This document shows positions 1-12,545 of a stretch of DNA of 64,000 nt, piece after piece. The stretch comes from Pristiophorus japonicus (lineage: Eukaryota). A program made the position numbers and the translations under genes. Position 1 is the first letter of the stretch, and each line of letters opens with the position of its first letter. The notes under the pieces were generated by a model that saw nothing but the letters and a program-made list of their open reading frames with translations, did no database searches and was not told the origin of the DNA. Location: the NCBI RefSeq assembly GCF_044704955.1, contig NC_092006.1, positions 5,952,001 through 6,016,000 of the forward strand, in the 5' to 3' direction.

Positions 1-379
1 TTTCGATTGACGGTTTCAACTAAAATAGTTGCAGACCTGTTGATTGCGTCCTTAAAAAAGAAGGCACTTGATTTGAAAGTTTTACGCAAAATAGTTGAGG
101 GACTTCAGTGAGGTGGAGAGACTTGAGAAACTGGGATTGTTCTCCTCAGGAGAAACTTCTTTACCCAGAGAGCGGTGAGAATGTGGAACTCGCTGCCACA
201 GGGAGGGGTTGAGGCTAATAGTATCGATGTATTTAAGGGGAGGCTGGATAAACACATGAGGGAGAAGGGAATAGAGGGATATGCTGATAGATTTAGATGA
301 GGAAAGACGGCAGGAGGCTCGAGTGGGGCATAAACACCGGCACGGACTGGTTGGGCCCAATGGCCTGTTTCTGTTCCAT

Positions 380-1037
380 ATTGAGTAGACTGGGTCTTTA
401 CTCGTTGGAGTTCAGAAGGATGAGGGGTGATCTTATAGAAACATTTAAAATAATGAAAGGGAAAGACAAGATAGAGGCAGAGAGGTTGTTTCCACTGGTC
501 GGGGAGACTAGAACTAGGGGGCACAGCCTCAAAATACGGGGGAGCCAATTTAAAACCGAGTTGAGAAGGAATTTCTTCTCCCAGAGGGTTGTGAATCTGT
601 GGAATTCTCTGCCCAAGGAAGCAGTTGAGGCTAGTTCATTGAATGTATACATACAGAATCCTTGGGTTTATTAATAGACTACAGAAGCAAGGAAGTTATG
701 CCAGACGTATATAAAGACAACAGTTGAGTGAGAATGGTCTGCTCCTGCACCTATTTTCTATGTTTCTATATAATCCTGTGTAATAGTGCAACTTATTCCA
801 TTGGCGAGCATTCACTCGTCCAATATTGGTCGCGTTGGTTGGTTTGTGGTTTCAAGTCACAGATAGATAGATTTTTAACCAATAAGGGAATTAAGGGTTA
901 CGGGGAGCGGGCGGGTAAGTGGACCTGAGTCCACGGCCAGATCAGCCATGATCTTGTTGAATGGCGGAACAGGCTCGAGGGGCTAGATGGCCTACTCCTG
1001 TTCCTAATTCTTATGTTCTTATGTTCTTATGTTCTTA
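380..1037 (+). mobile_element. CR1 LINE 3' fragment, interrupted at about 648-850
   Basis: ORF2 C-terminus LGLYSLEFRRMRGDLIE..RRNFFSQRVVNLWNSLP and a (TTCTTATG)n tail. Confidence 0.9.
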
Positions 1038-1075
1038 GATCCGATGTAATCCTGTGTAATAGTGCAACTTATTCC

Positions 1076-1589
1076 GTGCTTGCTATTGAGGGAGTGCAGC
1101 GAAGGTTCATCAGTATGATTCCCGGGACGGCAGGACTGACATATGAGGAGAGACTGGATCGACTGGGCTTATATTCCCTGGAATTTAGAAGAATGAGAGG
1201 GGATCTCATAGAAACATATCAAATTCTGACGGGACTGGACAGGTTAGATGCAGGAAGAATGTTCCCGATGTTGAGGGAAGTCCAGAACCAGGGGTTACAG
1301 TCTAAGGATAAGGGGTAAGCCATTTAGGACCGAGATGAGGAGAAACTTCTTCACTCAGAGAATAGTGAACCTGCGGAATTCTCTACCACAAAGAGTTGTT
1401 GAGGCCAGTTCGTTAGATATGTTCAAAAGGGAGTTAGATGTGGCCCTCATGGCTAAAGGGATCAAGGAGTATGGAGAGAAAGCAGGAAAGGGGTACTGAG
1501 GGAATGATCAGCCATGATCTTATTGAATGGTGGTGCAGGCTCGAAGGGCTGAATGACCTGCTCCTGCACCTATTTTCTATGTTTCTATA
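1076..1589 (+). mobile_element. CR1 LINE 3' fragment flanked by a 29 bp direct repeat
   Basis: ORF2 C-terminus, TTTCTATG tail. 1047-1075 is identical to 1590-1618. Confidence 0.9.
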
Positions 1590-1782
1590 TAATCCTGTGT
1601 AATAGTGCAACTTATTCCATTGGCGAGCATTCACTCGTCCAATATTGGTCGCGTTGGCTGGTTTGTGGTTTCACAGCCGCGTTGGATGCGCCTAAATTGT
1701 AACTGGGTCGCGTTTCTCACAAGTGAGTCGCAGAAAGAGTGGCTTGACCCAGCAACATTTTCTAAGTGTCCTGTCTTTGCAG

Positions 1783-1884
1783 ACTGGTGTACACCGATCC
1801 TTCCGTTTGCAATTCGTGTCTCGGCGATCTTGGTTCTAGTACTGATCCTTATTATTCTGTGTCATCATAACTGCGGCAGACGAG
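1783..1884 (+). CDS. R0 stalk/TM exon of a fourth, 5'-truncated VJ-C1-type receptor: (D)WCTPILPFAIRVSAILVLVLILIILCHHNCGRR
   Basis: Acceptor ctgtctttgcAG, donor GTGAGT, 102 nt, phase 1-1. A stalk Cys precedes a hydrophobic helix and a basic stop-transfer segment, as in the R1-R3 TM exons. Ectodomain exons would lie upstream of the window. Confidence 0.7.
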
Positions 1885-1971
1885 GTGAGTGTTTATATCC
1901 GTCAAAAATATCTTTTATAAATGCTTGTTCAACGTGAGTCCCTTCTCGTATCTTTCGATACTAATTTACAG

Positions 1972-2015
1972 TGAACTGTTTCAGAAGGACGAGACAAGAG
2001 GCCCCGCCAGGAAAG
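1972..2015 (+). CDS. R0 small cytoplasmic exon ((V)NCFRRTRQEAPPGK); acceptor ambiguous (1972 or 1985)
   Basis: Strong donor AAG|GTGAGT after 2015. Using tttacAG (1970-1971) gives 44 nt, phase 1 to 0, which puts the last exon in frame. The alternative AG at 1983-1984 would need a further exon. Confidence 0.5.
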
Positions 2016-2252
2016 GTGAGTAATTGAACTACTTGCAAAGTTGATCAATGAGAGTCTCGCTGGGTTTAACACCGCGTCAGAACCAGTTTAACCCCAACTC
2101 TGATTCCAGTGCCAGATATTATTTGTGTTTTCCACGTTCTTTTTGAGTATGGTTCCAAGACCATTCCACAACTCTGTTCTCGGTATTTACGGCACGTGGC
2201 CACGGATTCACAGGAGGTAGAAAAGTAAAATACTGCGGATGCGAGCAATGTG

Positions 2253-2462
2253 ACAGATACAGAGTTACAGACAGAGAGAGAGAGACAGACAGAGTCAGAC
2301 AGACAGAGACAGCGACACAGAGAGAGAGGCAGAGAGATAGAGAGACAGACAGAGAGAGACAGGGACAGGCAGAGACAGCGACACAGAGAGAGAGAGAGAC
2401 AGCGACAGAGAGAGAGAGAGAGGCAGAGATTGAGAGCGAGAGAGAGAGACAGAGACAGCGAC
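2253..2462. repeat. Compound GA/GACA microsatellite
   Basis: Seen directly. Similar AGAT/AG tracts at 14190-14769, 17338-17420 and 25435-25596; (CA)n at 53079-53112. Confidence 0.9.
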
Positions 2463-3039
2463 GGAACAAGTTAGAGATGTAACCGGGTTTAAGCTCCACT
2501 TTCTCTGTACTTGCTGGAAACATTTTTCCTACATTAAAACAATGACTACACTTCAAAAAAGTATGCCATTGGCTGTAAAGTGCTTTGGGAGCCCAGTGGT
2601 CGCTACAGAAACGCCAGTCTGTCTTTGTTTCATTTCTGTTTTATCTCTAACGTTCTCTCGAAGGGTAACAGACCTGAAAGGTTAACTCAGTTTCTCTCCA
2701 CAAATGCTGCCTGACCCGCTGAGCATCACAAGAAGTAATGTTTGTCTCCTGTTTCTGTTCCCACACGGTTTCAGCTCCAGAGGGACAGTGAACAGAGCAG
2801 GAGGAGGTGAACCACACTTGGATGAGTTGGATTGAAATGTTGGCGCAAATAGAACGTCAAATGCAGGATATTTCAAAATTCAATTGGGTCATTGCCCGCC
2901 TTCAAAATATCCTCCTGTCTGCCGGACATCCAGAAAGGCTAATTACTGCTTAGTCATGCCAATTAATAATGTATCAGATTGTTAAATAATGTATCGGGTG
3001 GACAGTAGACACCGGGGGTAGATCGTCCGTGCCCATCTA

Positions 3040-3200
3040 TTGGTGTATTGGACCATTGGTGTATTGGACCATTGGTGTATTGAACCATTGGTTTATTGCA
3101 CCATTGGTTTATTGGACCATTGGTGTATTGCACCATTGGTGTATTGGACCATCAGTGTATTGGGGGAACATTGGTGTATTAATGGACCATTGGTTTATTG
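3040..3200. repeat. 16 bp minisatellite TTGGACCATTGGTGTA, about 8-9 copies
   Basis: Direct periodicity. Confidence 0.85.
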
Positions 3201-3604
3201 GGGGTCATAGGCTTAATGATGGACTATTGGCGCTCAGTGCCTCTATAATTTATTATAAATGAGCCGGACTTGACAATAATTAAATTCAAATTCTTAACTA
3301 TTTATACACAGTTGACACCCATCAAATGGAGGCAAGGCAGACACATCAGGGTACAAGACATGTAAGTAAATTCATTGACCCTGTTGCAATAATATACAGG
3401 AACTTGCCGATTTTCTGGGTATCGCATGCAAATAATTGGCTTGTCTCTTTCAAAGAGCTGGCACGGGCACGATGGGCCGAATGGCCTATGCCTGTGCTGT
3501 ATCATGCTACGATTCCTTGAAACGCGATTGCGGGATGGGATAGTTTGAGCTGCCTTTCGAATAACTTGGAACTTGTCGATATTTAACGTGTGTTCCTGTC
3601 TCAG

Positions 3605-3688
3605 GGCGCCCCGCAAGACCAGACTTTCTACGCCTCTCTGCAATTCAAAGCCGCGGAAAAGTCATCAAGAAAGAAGGCGGGTCGCTGA
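3605..3688 (+). CDS. R0 terminal exon GAPQDQTFYASLQFKAAEKSSRKKAGR* with ITIM/ITSM-like TFYASL
   Basis: Acceptor gttcctgtctcAG, phase 0, TGA at 3686-3688. The motif TxYAxLxF matches R1-R3. AATAAA at 4229-4234. Confidence 0.7.
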   Translation, partial: GAPQDQTFYASLQFKAAEKSSRKKAGR

Positions 3689-4380
3689 TGAGAACCCCGG
3701 AGGGGTTTCTAGCCGGTGGACGAGGGAGGAGACGGAACTCGCAAAGAAGAATGCCCAGCCCGGCGGAGATAAGACTGAAGCCACAGAGACTCCAATCAAA
3801 CATCCGGGGGCTGGGCTTTGCACTTCACATCGCTGGCCTAGTGCCCATATATCACCCAAAATGCCCTGCTATCGCCCATTTCACTTCGCTGACCTATCGG
3901 CGAGTGGAAAATGGCGATACAAAAAATGGGCGATGTTCCAGCGATCAGTAAGGCTGACACATCGACCATCGCTGGAACATCGTTCATTTTTTGGGCGATA
4001 GTCTGGCCTACCTCCCTGTGTTTGGAAGGGTTTGCAAACACTCTTTCTGTTGAATGTAAAAGACCCGTGCTTTGAGTATTGTAAAGATGTCCCACTGTAT
4101 TAGTGAGACCACCATTTAGACCAGGGTCTTCTCAGTTTCCTGATTCTCTGAATCTTTTTCTGCTGACCCTGTAATTCCGGTCAGTAACAAGATTGGGGTT
4201 TATTTTTTGTCGCAAATGCTTGAATATAAATAAAATAAATGGTCCTTTGACTGTAATGATGCACAGGAGGTTCCTATCGTTCAATGCTTCACTTACAATT
4301 AAATATCATCTGGATAAAACTTCGCTGGCTCTGAGCTGCCAATATCAGTCCTGAATTGAAAGAGTGTTAGTGGCGATATT

Positions 4381-7300
4381 CATAGAAACATAGAAAATAG
4401 GTGCAGGAGTAGGCCATTCGGCCCTTGTAGCCTGCACCGCCATTCAATGAGTTCATGGCTGAACATGCAACTTCAGTACCCTATTCCTGCTTTCTCGCCA
4501 TACCCCTTGATCCCCCTAGTAGTAAGGACTACATCTAACTCCTTTTTGAATATATTTAGTGAATTGGCCTCAACAACTTTCTGTGGTAGAGAATTCCAAA
4601 GGTTCACCACTCTCTGGGTGAAGAAGTTTCTCCTCATCTCGGTCCTAAATGGCTTACCCCTTATCCTTAGACTGTGTCCCCTGGTTCTGGACTTCCCCAA
4701 CATTGGGAACATTTTTCCTGCATCTAACTTGTCTGAACCCATCAGAATTTTAAACGTTTCTATGAGGTCCCCTCTCATTCTTCTGAACCCCAGTGAATAC
4801 AAGCCCAGTTGATCCAGTCTTTCTTGATAGGTCAGTCCCGCCATCCCGGGAATCAGTCTGGTGAACCTTCGCTGCACTCCCTCAATAGCAAGAATGTCCT
4901 TCCTCAAGTTAGGAGACCAAAACTGAACACAATACTCCAGGTGTGGCCTCACCAAGGCCCTGTACAAATGTAGCAACACCTCCCTGCCCCTGTACTCAAA
5001 TCCCCTCGCTATTCACTGTCTGAGGCCGCGATAGGCTTAATTGCTTACAGACTAACAACAGGAGAGAAACGAGGGCAGAGATGCAAGGAATTTATCCATT
5101 TTACCTTTGGCTTGTGTGTTTTGGTATGTGTAGTAATTATAGAATGGTTACAGCACAGAGGAAGGCCATTTGGTCCATCGAGTCCGTGCCGACTCTGAAC
5201 AAGTCCAACTCACCCCCTCGTCCTTTCCCCGTAGCCCTGCAAAATTCTTTCCTTCAGATACTTACCCAACTCCCTTTTGAAAGCCCCGATTGAGTCTGCC
5301 TCCACCACCCTCTCAGGCAGCGCATTCCAGATCCCAACCACTTGCTGCGTAAAAACGTTTTTACTCACGTCGCCTTTGGTTCGTCTACCAATCGCCTTCA
5401 ATCTGTGTCCTCTGGTTCTCCACCCTTCCACCAATGGGAACAGTTTCTCTCGATCTACTCGGTCCAGACCACCCATGATTTTGAACATCTCGATCAAATC
5501 TCCTCTCAATCGTTTCTGCCCCACGGACAACAACCCCGGCTTCTCCAGTCTCGCCCCGTCACTGAAGTCCCTCATTCCTGGAAGCATTCTCGTAAATCCT
5601 TCCTGCACCCTCTCCAAGGCCTTCACATCCTTCCCACAGTGCGGTGCCCAGAATTGGACACAATGCTCCAGTTGGGGGCCAAACAGATAACTTCCCCACT
5701 TTTCCACTCTACACCTCAACTTATGGACCCCAGATACCCGTCAGCCTTTGTAACTGCTTTCTCAACCTTGCTAGAACGACTGTCCGAGACAGATGAGTGA
5801 GTGTAGCATGACTTGGGAGGACTGGATGACTTTGGACCTGTGGTCCCCAAAGCTCTCCATAACTGGGGGCTTTGCTCAAGTCAGGTCTGGGTCTGTTGTA
5901 GACTAATGGGTTGCGATGGTTTACCATTATCATTGGATCACGCGACCACCAGGATGGTAGAAGGCGAGCAAGATAATATTTATCTTTCTCTTTCCCATGG
6001 CAACTAGTGATGATTTCAACATTCACACCCCATCTAGACTCAGCTTTACTTTCCTATCTTATACCGTTACCATCTCAATTCGGCCCATTGTCCCCTTTTG
6101 CCTCTCTAATCTCTCCTGCCTTCCCCCCGATCACAGACCTTCCCATTTGTTCTTTCATAAGAACATAAGAACATAATATAAGAACATAAGAATTAGGAAC
6201 AGGAGTAGGCCATCTAGCCCCTCAAGCCTGCTCCGCCAGTCAACAAGATCATGGCTGATCTGGCTGTGGACTCAGCTCCACTTACCCGCCCGCTCCCCGT
6301 AACCCTTAATTCCCTTATTGGTTAAAAATCTATCTATCTGTGACTTGAATACATTCAATGAGCTAGCCTCAACTGCTTCCTTGGGCAGAGAATTCCACAG
6401 ATTCACAACCCTCTGGGAGAAGAAATTCCTTCTCAACTCGGTTTTAAATTGGCTCCCCCGTATTTTGAGGGTGTGCCCCCTAGTTCTAGTCTCCCCGACC
6501 AGTGGAAACAACCTCTCTGCCTCTATCTTGTCTATCCCTTTCATTATTTTAAATGTTTCTATAAAATCACCCCTCATCCTTCTGAACTCCAACGAGTAAA
6601 GACCCAGTCTACTCAATCTATCACATTAAGGTAACCCCCTCATCTCCGCCCCTGCCTCTTTCCTCCCCTCCCCCTTTCACTATCCCCTTTGCACTTCCTT
6701 AAAAAGAAAGACTTGCATTTATATAGCGCCTTTCACGACCACCAGGCATCTCAAAGTGCTTTACAGCCAATGGAGAGTACTTTTGGAGTGTAGTCACTGT
6801 TGTATTGTGGGAAACGCGGCAGCCGATTTGCGCACAGCAAGCTCCCACAAACAGCCATGTGATAATGACCCAGATCATCTGTTTGTTATGTTGGTTGAGG
6901 GATAAATATTGGCCCCAGGACACCGGGGAGAACTCGAAATAATGCCTTGGGATTGTTTATGTCCACTGAGAGAGTAGATGGGCCTCCACCAAACAAAATC
7001 GTTTCTCTCTATCTAGTCTATGAAATAGTTAAATCGCCTTAATCACCTCAATTAGATAACCCCCTAATCTTTTATACGCAAGGGGGGTCTGTGCACACTG
7101 TCCTTATAAGTTAACCCTTTTTGCCCAACATGGTACTGGTGAACTTAAAGGCTCTTTGTAAAAACCTACAATATAAATTAACATTAACAAGAACACTGGG
7201 TCGCTGGGAATTTATTCAAACTCTCATAAGATGTTTTGGGAAGTTTCTGGGCGATGGATTTGAATGGGTCTTTGCCAGGATTGTTGCTGTTCCCGAATCT

Positions 7301-7920
7301 CATCCGGTTGTACCTGCTGATTCCAAAGTGATCGGAAGGGGAGTGATTAAACTGACTCTGGTGGATAACGCAATGTAACTACCTGTGGTACAGCCCTGTT
7401 TCTGGCTCAATATCTCCTCTGGGTAAAGAAGTTTCTCCTGAATTCCCCATTGGATTTATTAGTGACTGTCTTATATTGATGGCCCCTGGTTCTGGTCTCT
7501 CCCACAAGTGGAAACACTCCACGTCTACCCTATCGAACCCTTTCAGAAGCTTAAAGACCTGTATCTTGTTGACCCTCCGTCTCTTTTCGAGGGCCCCAGC
7601 AGGTTCAGCCTTTCCTGATGGCAAAACCTCTTAGTTCTGGTATCGTTTTAGTCAATCTTTTTTGCACCTTATCCAGTGCCTCTATATCGTTTTTATGATA
7701 CGGAGAGCAGAACTGTGCACAGTGCCCCAAGTGTGGTCTAACCAAGTTCCGATACAAGTTTAACATAATTTCCCGACTTTTCAATTCTATCCCTCTACAA
7801 ATGAATCCTGGTTCTTTGCTTGTTTTAATGGGCTTGTTAAGCTATGTCGTTACATTTAGTAATTAGTGTATCTGTACCCCAGATCCCTCTGTTCCTCTAC
7901 TCCATTATGGAAACTTATTT
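4381..7920 (-). mobile_element. Series of CR1 3' fragments (4381-5010, ~5140-5770, 6157-6650, ~7410-7920) with a partial SINE (~6700-6990)
   Basis: [13 protein letters not shown] / RRMRGDLIE / WNSLP translations and octamer tails. Confidence 0.85.
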
Positions 7921-8002
7921 TCTAAGAAGGAACAGATATTTATAATAGATAACGAATTGCTGACAAAATCACTTCACTGCATTATTATGAACATACAGAA
8001 CA

Positions 8003-8878
8003 TACATTTATATAGTGCTTTTCACGACCACCGGACATCTCGAAGTGCTTTAAAGCCAATGAAGTACTTTTGGAGTGCACTATTGTAATGTGGGAAACGC
8101 AGCAGCCAATTTGTGCACAGCAAGCTCCCACAAACAGCAATATGAAAATGACCCAGATATTCTGTTTTATTTTGTTAATTGAGCGATAAATATTGGCCAG
8201 GCTACCGGAGATAATTCCCCTGCTCTTCTTCGAAACAGTGCGATATTTTATATCCAGATGAGAAAGCAGCTTGGTTTAATGTCACATCCGAAACACGGCA
8301 CCTCCGACACTACAGCGCTCCCGCAGTACTGCCCCTCCGACAGTGCGGCGCTCCCGCAGTACTGCCCCTCCGACAGTGCGGCGCTCCCGCAGTACTGCCC
8401 CTCCAACAGTGCGGCGCTCCCGCAGTACTGCCTCTCCGACAGTGCAGTGCTCCCTCAGTACCGCCCCTCCAACAGTGCGGCGCTCCCTCAGTCCTGCCCC
8501 TCCGACAGTGCAGCACTCCCTCAGTACTGCCCCTCCGACAGTGCGGTGCTCCCTCAGTACCGCCCCTCCAACAGTGCGGCACTCCCTCAGTATTGCCCCT
8601 CCAACACTCCATCAGTACTGCCCCTCCGACAGTGTGGTGCTCCCTCCGCACTGCCCTCCCTCAGTACTGCCCCTCCCACAGTGCGGCACTCCCTCAGTAC
8701 TGCCCTTCCCACAGTGCGGCGCTCCCTCAGTACTGCCTCTCCGACAGTGCGGTGCTCCCTCAGCCCTGCATTGCAGTGTCAGTCTAGATTTTTGTGCTCA
8801 AGTCTCTGGAGTGGGACTTGAACCCACAACCTCTTGTCTCAAAGGCAAGTGTGCTGCCCACTGAGCCACAGCTGACAC
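8003..8878 (-). mobile_element. Deu-domain tRNA SINE (SacSINE1-like) with an internal 33 bp array (~8300-8765)
   Basis: tRNA-like head (GTGGCTCAGTGGG..GGTTCAAGTCCC), core GGCCAATATTTAT, tail CTATATAAATG. The family name is from recall. Confidence 0.75.
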
Positions 8879-9529
8879 TTAAAAGGAGCTGCTGGGTTTA
8901 AAATAATCCAGTTTCAATAGTAAATGTGACAAGGTTCACCTCCAGGACACAGCCAGAGAATGTTTGGGATCCATGTAAACGCCAGCTTTAATATCAATGC
9001 AGCTTAAACCTGGAATCAGTGTCTGAGTTGCCCCAGAGGTCCTAAGCCCCACATAAATCACATTTGCTCTATAAATGTGCGCTGTAAATCAGCATTAGAG
9101 ATACACTGAGCGCATCTGGGCTTTAACGTTCAAAGAGCAGGAATCGCAAACGCAATGCTAGGGTTTGACAACCTGTTTATTTGTATTTGTAACATCGGAC
9201 AGTGAGCCGTGTTAACTACGACTTGAATAATATCGTGCTCACAGACAGCACAATGCATTTAAGAACAATACAAGTGAGGAGAGACAAGCCGGGACTGAAC
9301 GGAAATGGCAGGCGACGTGTCGTCTTCGGAGTAGCGGATGATGGGTCAAGAGAGGATTTCGACATGTTTCGAAGCTCCCGCAGAATTCCCCGTTTGCAAA
9401 GCGGCTTGAAATTGCACCGGTGGTGTTTCGGCGTTAAGGTTCTCCAATCGGCGTTACAATGGTTCTGCGTTGGTCAGTTTCCTCTTGCGATTAATTATTG
9501 ATCAATGCGCATCAGATCGACAGAGTTCT

Positions 9530-10920
9530 TATATTCAGAGGAAAGGTTGGATAGGCTGGCGTTGTTGTCTTTGGAACAGAGGAGGCTGAGGGGAGAGCTA
9601 ATTGAGGTGTGTAAAATGCTGAGGGGCCAGGATAGAGTGGATAGGACGGACCTGTTTCCCTTGGCAGAGGGGTCAACAACCAGGGGGGATAGACTGAACG
9701 TAATTGGGGGGAGGTTTAGAGGGGAGTTCAGGAGAACTTTGTTCACCCAGAGGGTGGTGGGGGTCTGGGGCGGAGCTCGCTGCCTGAAAGGGCGGTAGAG
9801 GCAGAAACCCTCACCACATTTGGATGTGCACCTGAAGTGCCGTAACCTACAGGGCTACGGACCAAGAGCGGGAAAGTGGGATTAAGCTGGGTGGCTCTTG
9901 GTCGGCCGGCCCGGACACGATGGGCCGTAATGGCCTCCTTCCGCGCTGTAAGTTTCTAGCGTTTCTATGGTTTCAGAGGAAACTTTCCACCATGCTTCAT
10001 ATCCATGAGCTGTTCACTTTCCTTTCCCGTCGGACTGTTGGATCCGCCTTAAATGCCAGTTGGGCGTAAAGAGTCTATGAGAGAAAACAGAAACCATTAT
10101 CGCGGCTCACATCATCACCATCGGAACGGAGTGACAGGAGGAGGCCATTCAGCCCCTCGAGCATGTTCCCCCACTCAATAAGATAAGAACATAAGAAATA
10201 GGAGCAGGAGTCGGCCATTCGGCCCCTCGAGCCTGCTCCGCCATTTAATGAGATCATGGCCGATCTGATCATGGACTCAGCTCCACTCCCCTGCCCGCTC
10301 CCCATAACCTCTTATCGCCTTATCGTTCAAGAAACTGTCTATCTCTGTCTTAAATTTATTCAATGTCCCGGCTTCCACAGCTCTCTGAGGCAGCGAATTC
10401 CACAGATTCACAATCCTCTGAGAGAAGAAATTTCTCCTCATCTCAGTTTTAAATGGGCGGCCCCTTATTCTAAGATCGTGCCCCCTAGTTCTAGTCTCCC
10501 CCATCAGTGGAAACATCCTCTCTGCATCCACAGCTGATCCTGTATCTTAACTCACTCTACCCACCTTGGTTCCCTAACCCTTAATCCCCTTACCCAACAA
10601 GAGTCGATCCACCTCTGTCTTGACATTTCCAACTGACCCCCGACCTCGACAGCTTTTTGGGGGAGAGAGTTCCAGATTTCCGCTCCCCTTTGTGTGAAGA
10701 AGTGTTTCCTGTCATCACCCCTGAACGGTCTGGCTCGAATTTTAAGGTGACGTCCCCTTGGTCTGGACTCACCCCGCCAAAGGAACTCGTTTCTCTCTCT
10801 ATCCACCCTATCGAACACTTTAATCATCATAAACAACTCGATTAGATCGCCCTTTAATCTTCTATACTCCAGGGAATAAAAGCTTAGTCTGTGCAACCTG
10901 TCTTAATAATTTAACGCTTT
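9530..10920. mobile_element. CR1 fragments flanking the R1 last exon (9530-9970 +; 10183-10920 -)
   Basis: ORF2 C-terminal translations. Confidence 0.8.
9997..10074 (-). CDS. R1 exon 6: TLYAQLAFKADPTVRRERKVNSSWI*
   Basis: Acceptor tttctctcatAG, phase 0, TGA at 9999-9997. Homologous to the R2 last exon. Minus-strand AATAAA at 9181-9176. Confidence 0.85.
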   Translation of the reverse strand, partial: TLYAQLAFKADPTVRRERKVNSSWI

Positions 10921-10936
10921 TAGCCCCTGTATTATT

Positions 10937-12270
10937 AGTTAGGCCACAGCTGGAGTACTGCGTGCAGCTCTGGTCACCACATTACAGGAAAGATGTGATT
11001 GCACTGGAGAGGGTGCAGAGGAGATTTACCAGGATGTTGCACTGGAGAGGGTGCAGAGGAGATTTACCAGGATGTTGCACGAGAGAGGGTGCAGAGGAGA
11101 TTTACCAGGATGTTGCACTAGAGAGGGTACAGAGGAGATTTACCAGGATGTTGCACTAGAGAGCGTGCAGAGGAGATTTACCAGGATGTTGCACTGGAGA
11201 GGGTACAGAGGAGATTTACCAGGATGTTGCACTGGAGAGGGTGCAGAGGAGATTTACCAGGATGTTGCACTAGAGAGGGTGCAGAGGAGATTTACCAGGA
11301 TGTTGCACTAGAGAGGGTACAGAGGAGATTTACCACGGTTTTGCACTGGAGAGGGTACAGAGGAGATTTACCAGGATGTTGCACTGGAGAGGGTGCAGAG
11401 GAGATTTACCAGGATGTTGCACTGGAGAGGGTGCAGAGGAGATTTACCAGGATGTTGCACCAGAGAGGGTGCAGAGGAGATTTACCAGGATGTTGTACTG
11501 GAGAGGGTGCAGAGGAAATTTACCAGGATGTTGCACTAGAGAGGGTGCAGAGGAGATTTACCAGGATGTTGCACTGGAGAGGGTACAGAGGAGATTTACC
11601 AGGATGTTGCACTAGAGAGGGTACAGAGGAGATTTACCAGGATGTTGCACTGGAGAGGGTACAGAGGAGATTTACTTGGATGTTACACTAGAGAGGGTGC
11701 AGAGGAGATTTAGCAGGACGTTGCACTGGAGAGGGTACAGAGGAGATTTACCAGGATGTTGCACTGGAGAAGGTACAGAGGAGATTTACTAGGATGTTGC
11801 ATGGACTGGAGAATTTTAGCGACGAGGAAAGATTGGATAGGCTGGGGGTTGTTTTCTCTGCAACAGAGGAGGCTGAGGTGGGACCTGATTGAGGTGTATA
11901 AAATGATGAGGGGCCTGGATAGAGTGGATAGGAAGGACCTGTTTCCCTTGGCAGAGGGGGTCAACAACCAATGGGCATAGATTGAAAGTAATTGGGGGGA
12001 GGTTTAGAGGGGATTTGAGGGGAAATGTCTTCACCCAGAGGGTGGTGGGGGTCTGGGGCGGAACTCACTGCCTGAAAGAGTGGTAGAGGCAGAAACCCTC
12101 ACCACATTTAACAAGTACCTGGATGTACACTTGAAGTGCCGTAACCTACAGGGCTACGGACCGAGAGCGGGAAAGTGGGATTAGGCTGGGTGGCTCTTGG
12201 TCGGCCGGCGCAGACACGATGGGCCGAATGGCCTCCTTCCGCGCTGTAAACTTCTGTGATTCTATGATTA
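10937..12270 (+). mobile_element. CR1 3' fragment containing a 38 bp tandem array
   Basis: [26 protein letters not shown] repeated, then ..WDLIEVYK.. and an ATTCTATG-type tail. Confidence 0.88.
10999..11801 (+). repeat. 38 bp minisatellite, about 21 copies (TTGCACTGGAGAGGGTGCAGAGGAGATTTACCAGGATG)
   Basis: Direct periodicity. Confidence 0.92.
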
Positions 12271-12486
12271 TTCTGTCAACTTGTAATTATATATAATCGG
12301 CAACTTAAAATATAGACCGATATTTTGTAATCTGTTTTTGCAGTTTTAGCAAAATAAACTGCTTTCCTGCAGAGTTCATTATGCAAAGTTTTATAGAATC
12401 GTTAACTATGAATCTTAACCGTTGGATTAAGGATGAGTGCAGGTAACTGCAAGGTGTCAAGCAAAGACAATTATTTTCACTCTCAC

Positions 12487-12545
12487 CTCCTTATCTCTTG
12501 CACCTGGTCTGGAATCCGTGAATTTCTCATCGCTGGCCGTGTTAC
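12487..12545 (-). CDS. R1 exon 5 (59 nt cytoplasmic): (G)NTASDEKFTDSRPGARDKE
   Basis: ctttatttcAG / GTGAGA, phase 1 to 0. Same length and phase as the R3 exon at 42397-42455. Confidence 0.8.

Noticed and set aside
7121-7400. Possible exon in unique sequence between R0 and R1
   Set aside because: No convincing splice pair or recognisable protein motif on either strand.
8677-8720. CACAGTG RSS heptamers
   Set aside because: They are variants of the SINE repeat unit, with no spaced nonamer and no adjacent V or J segment.
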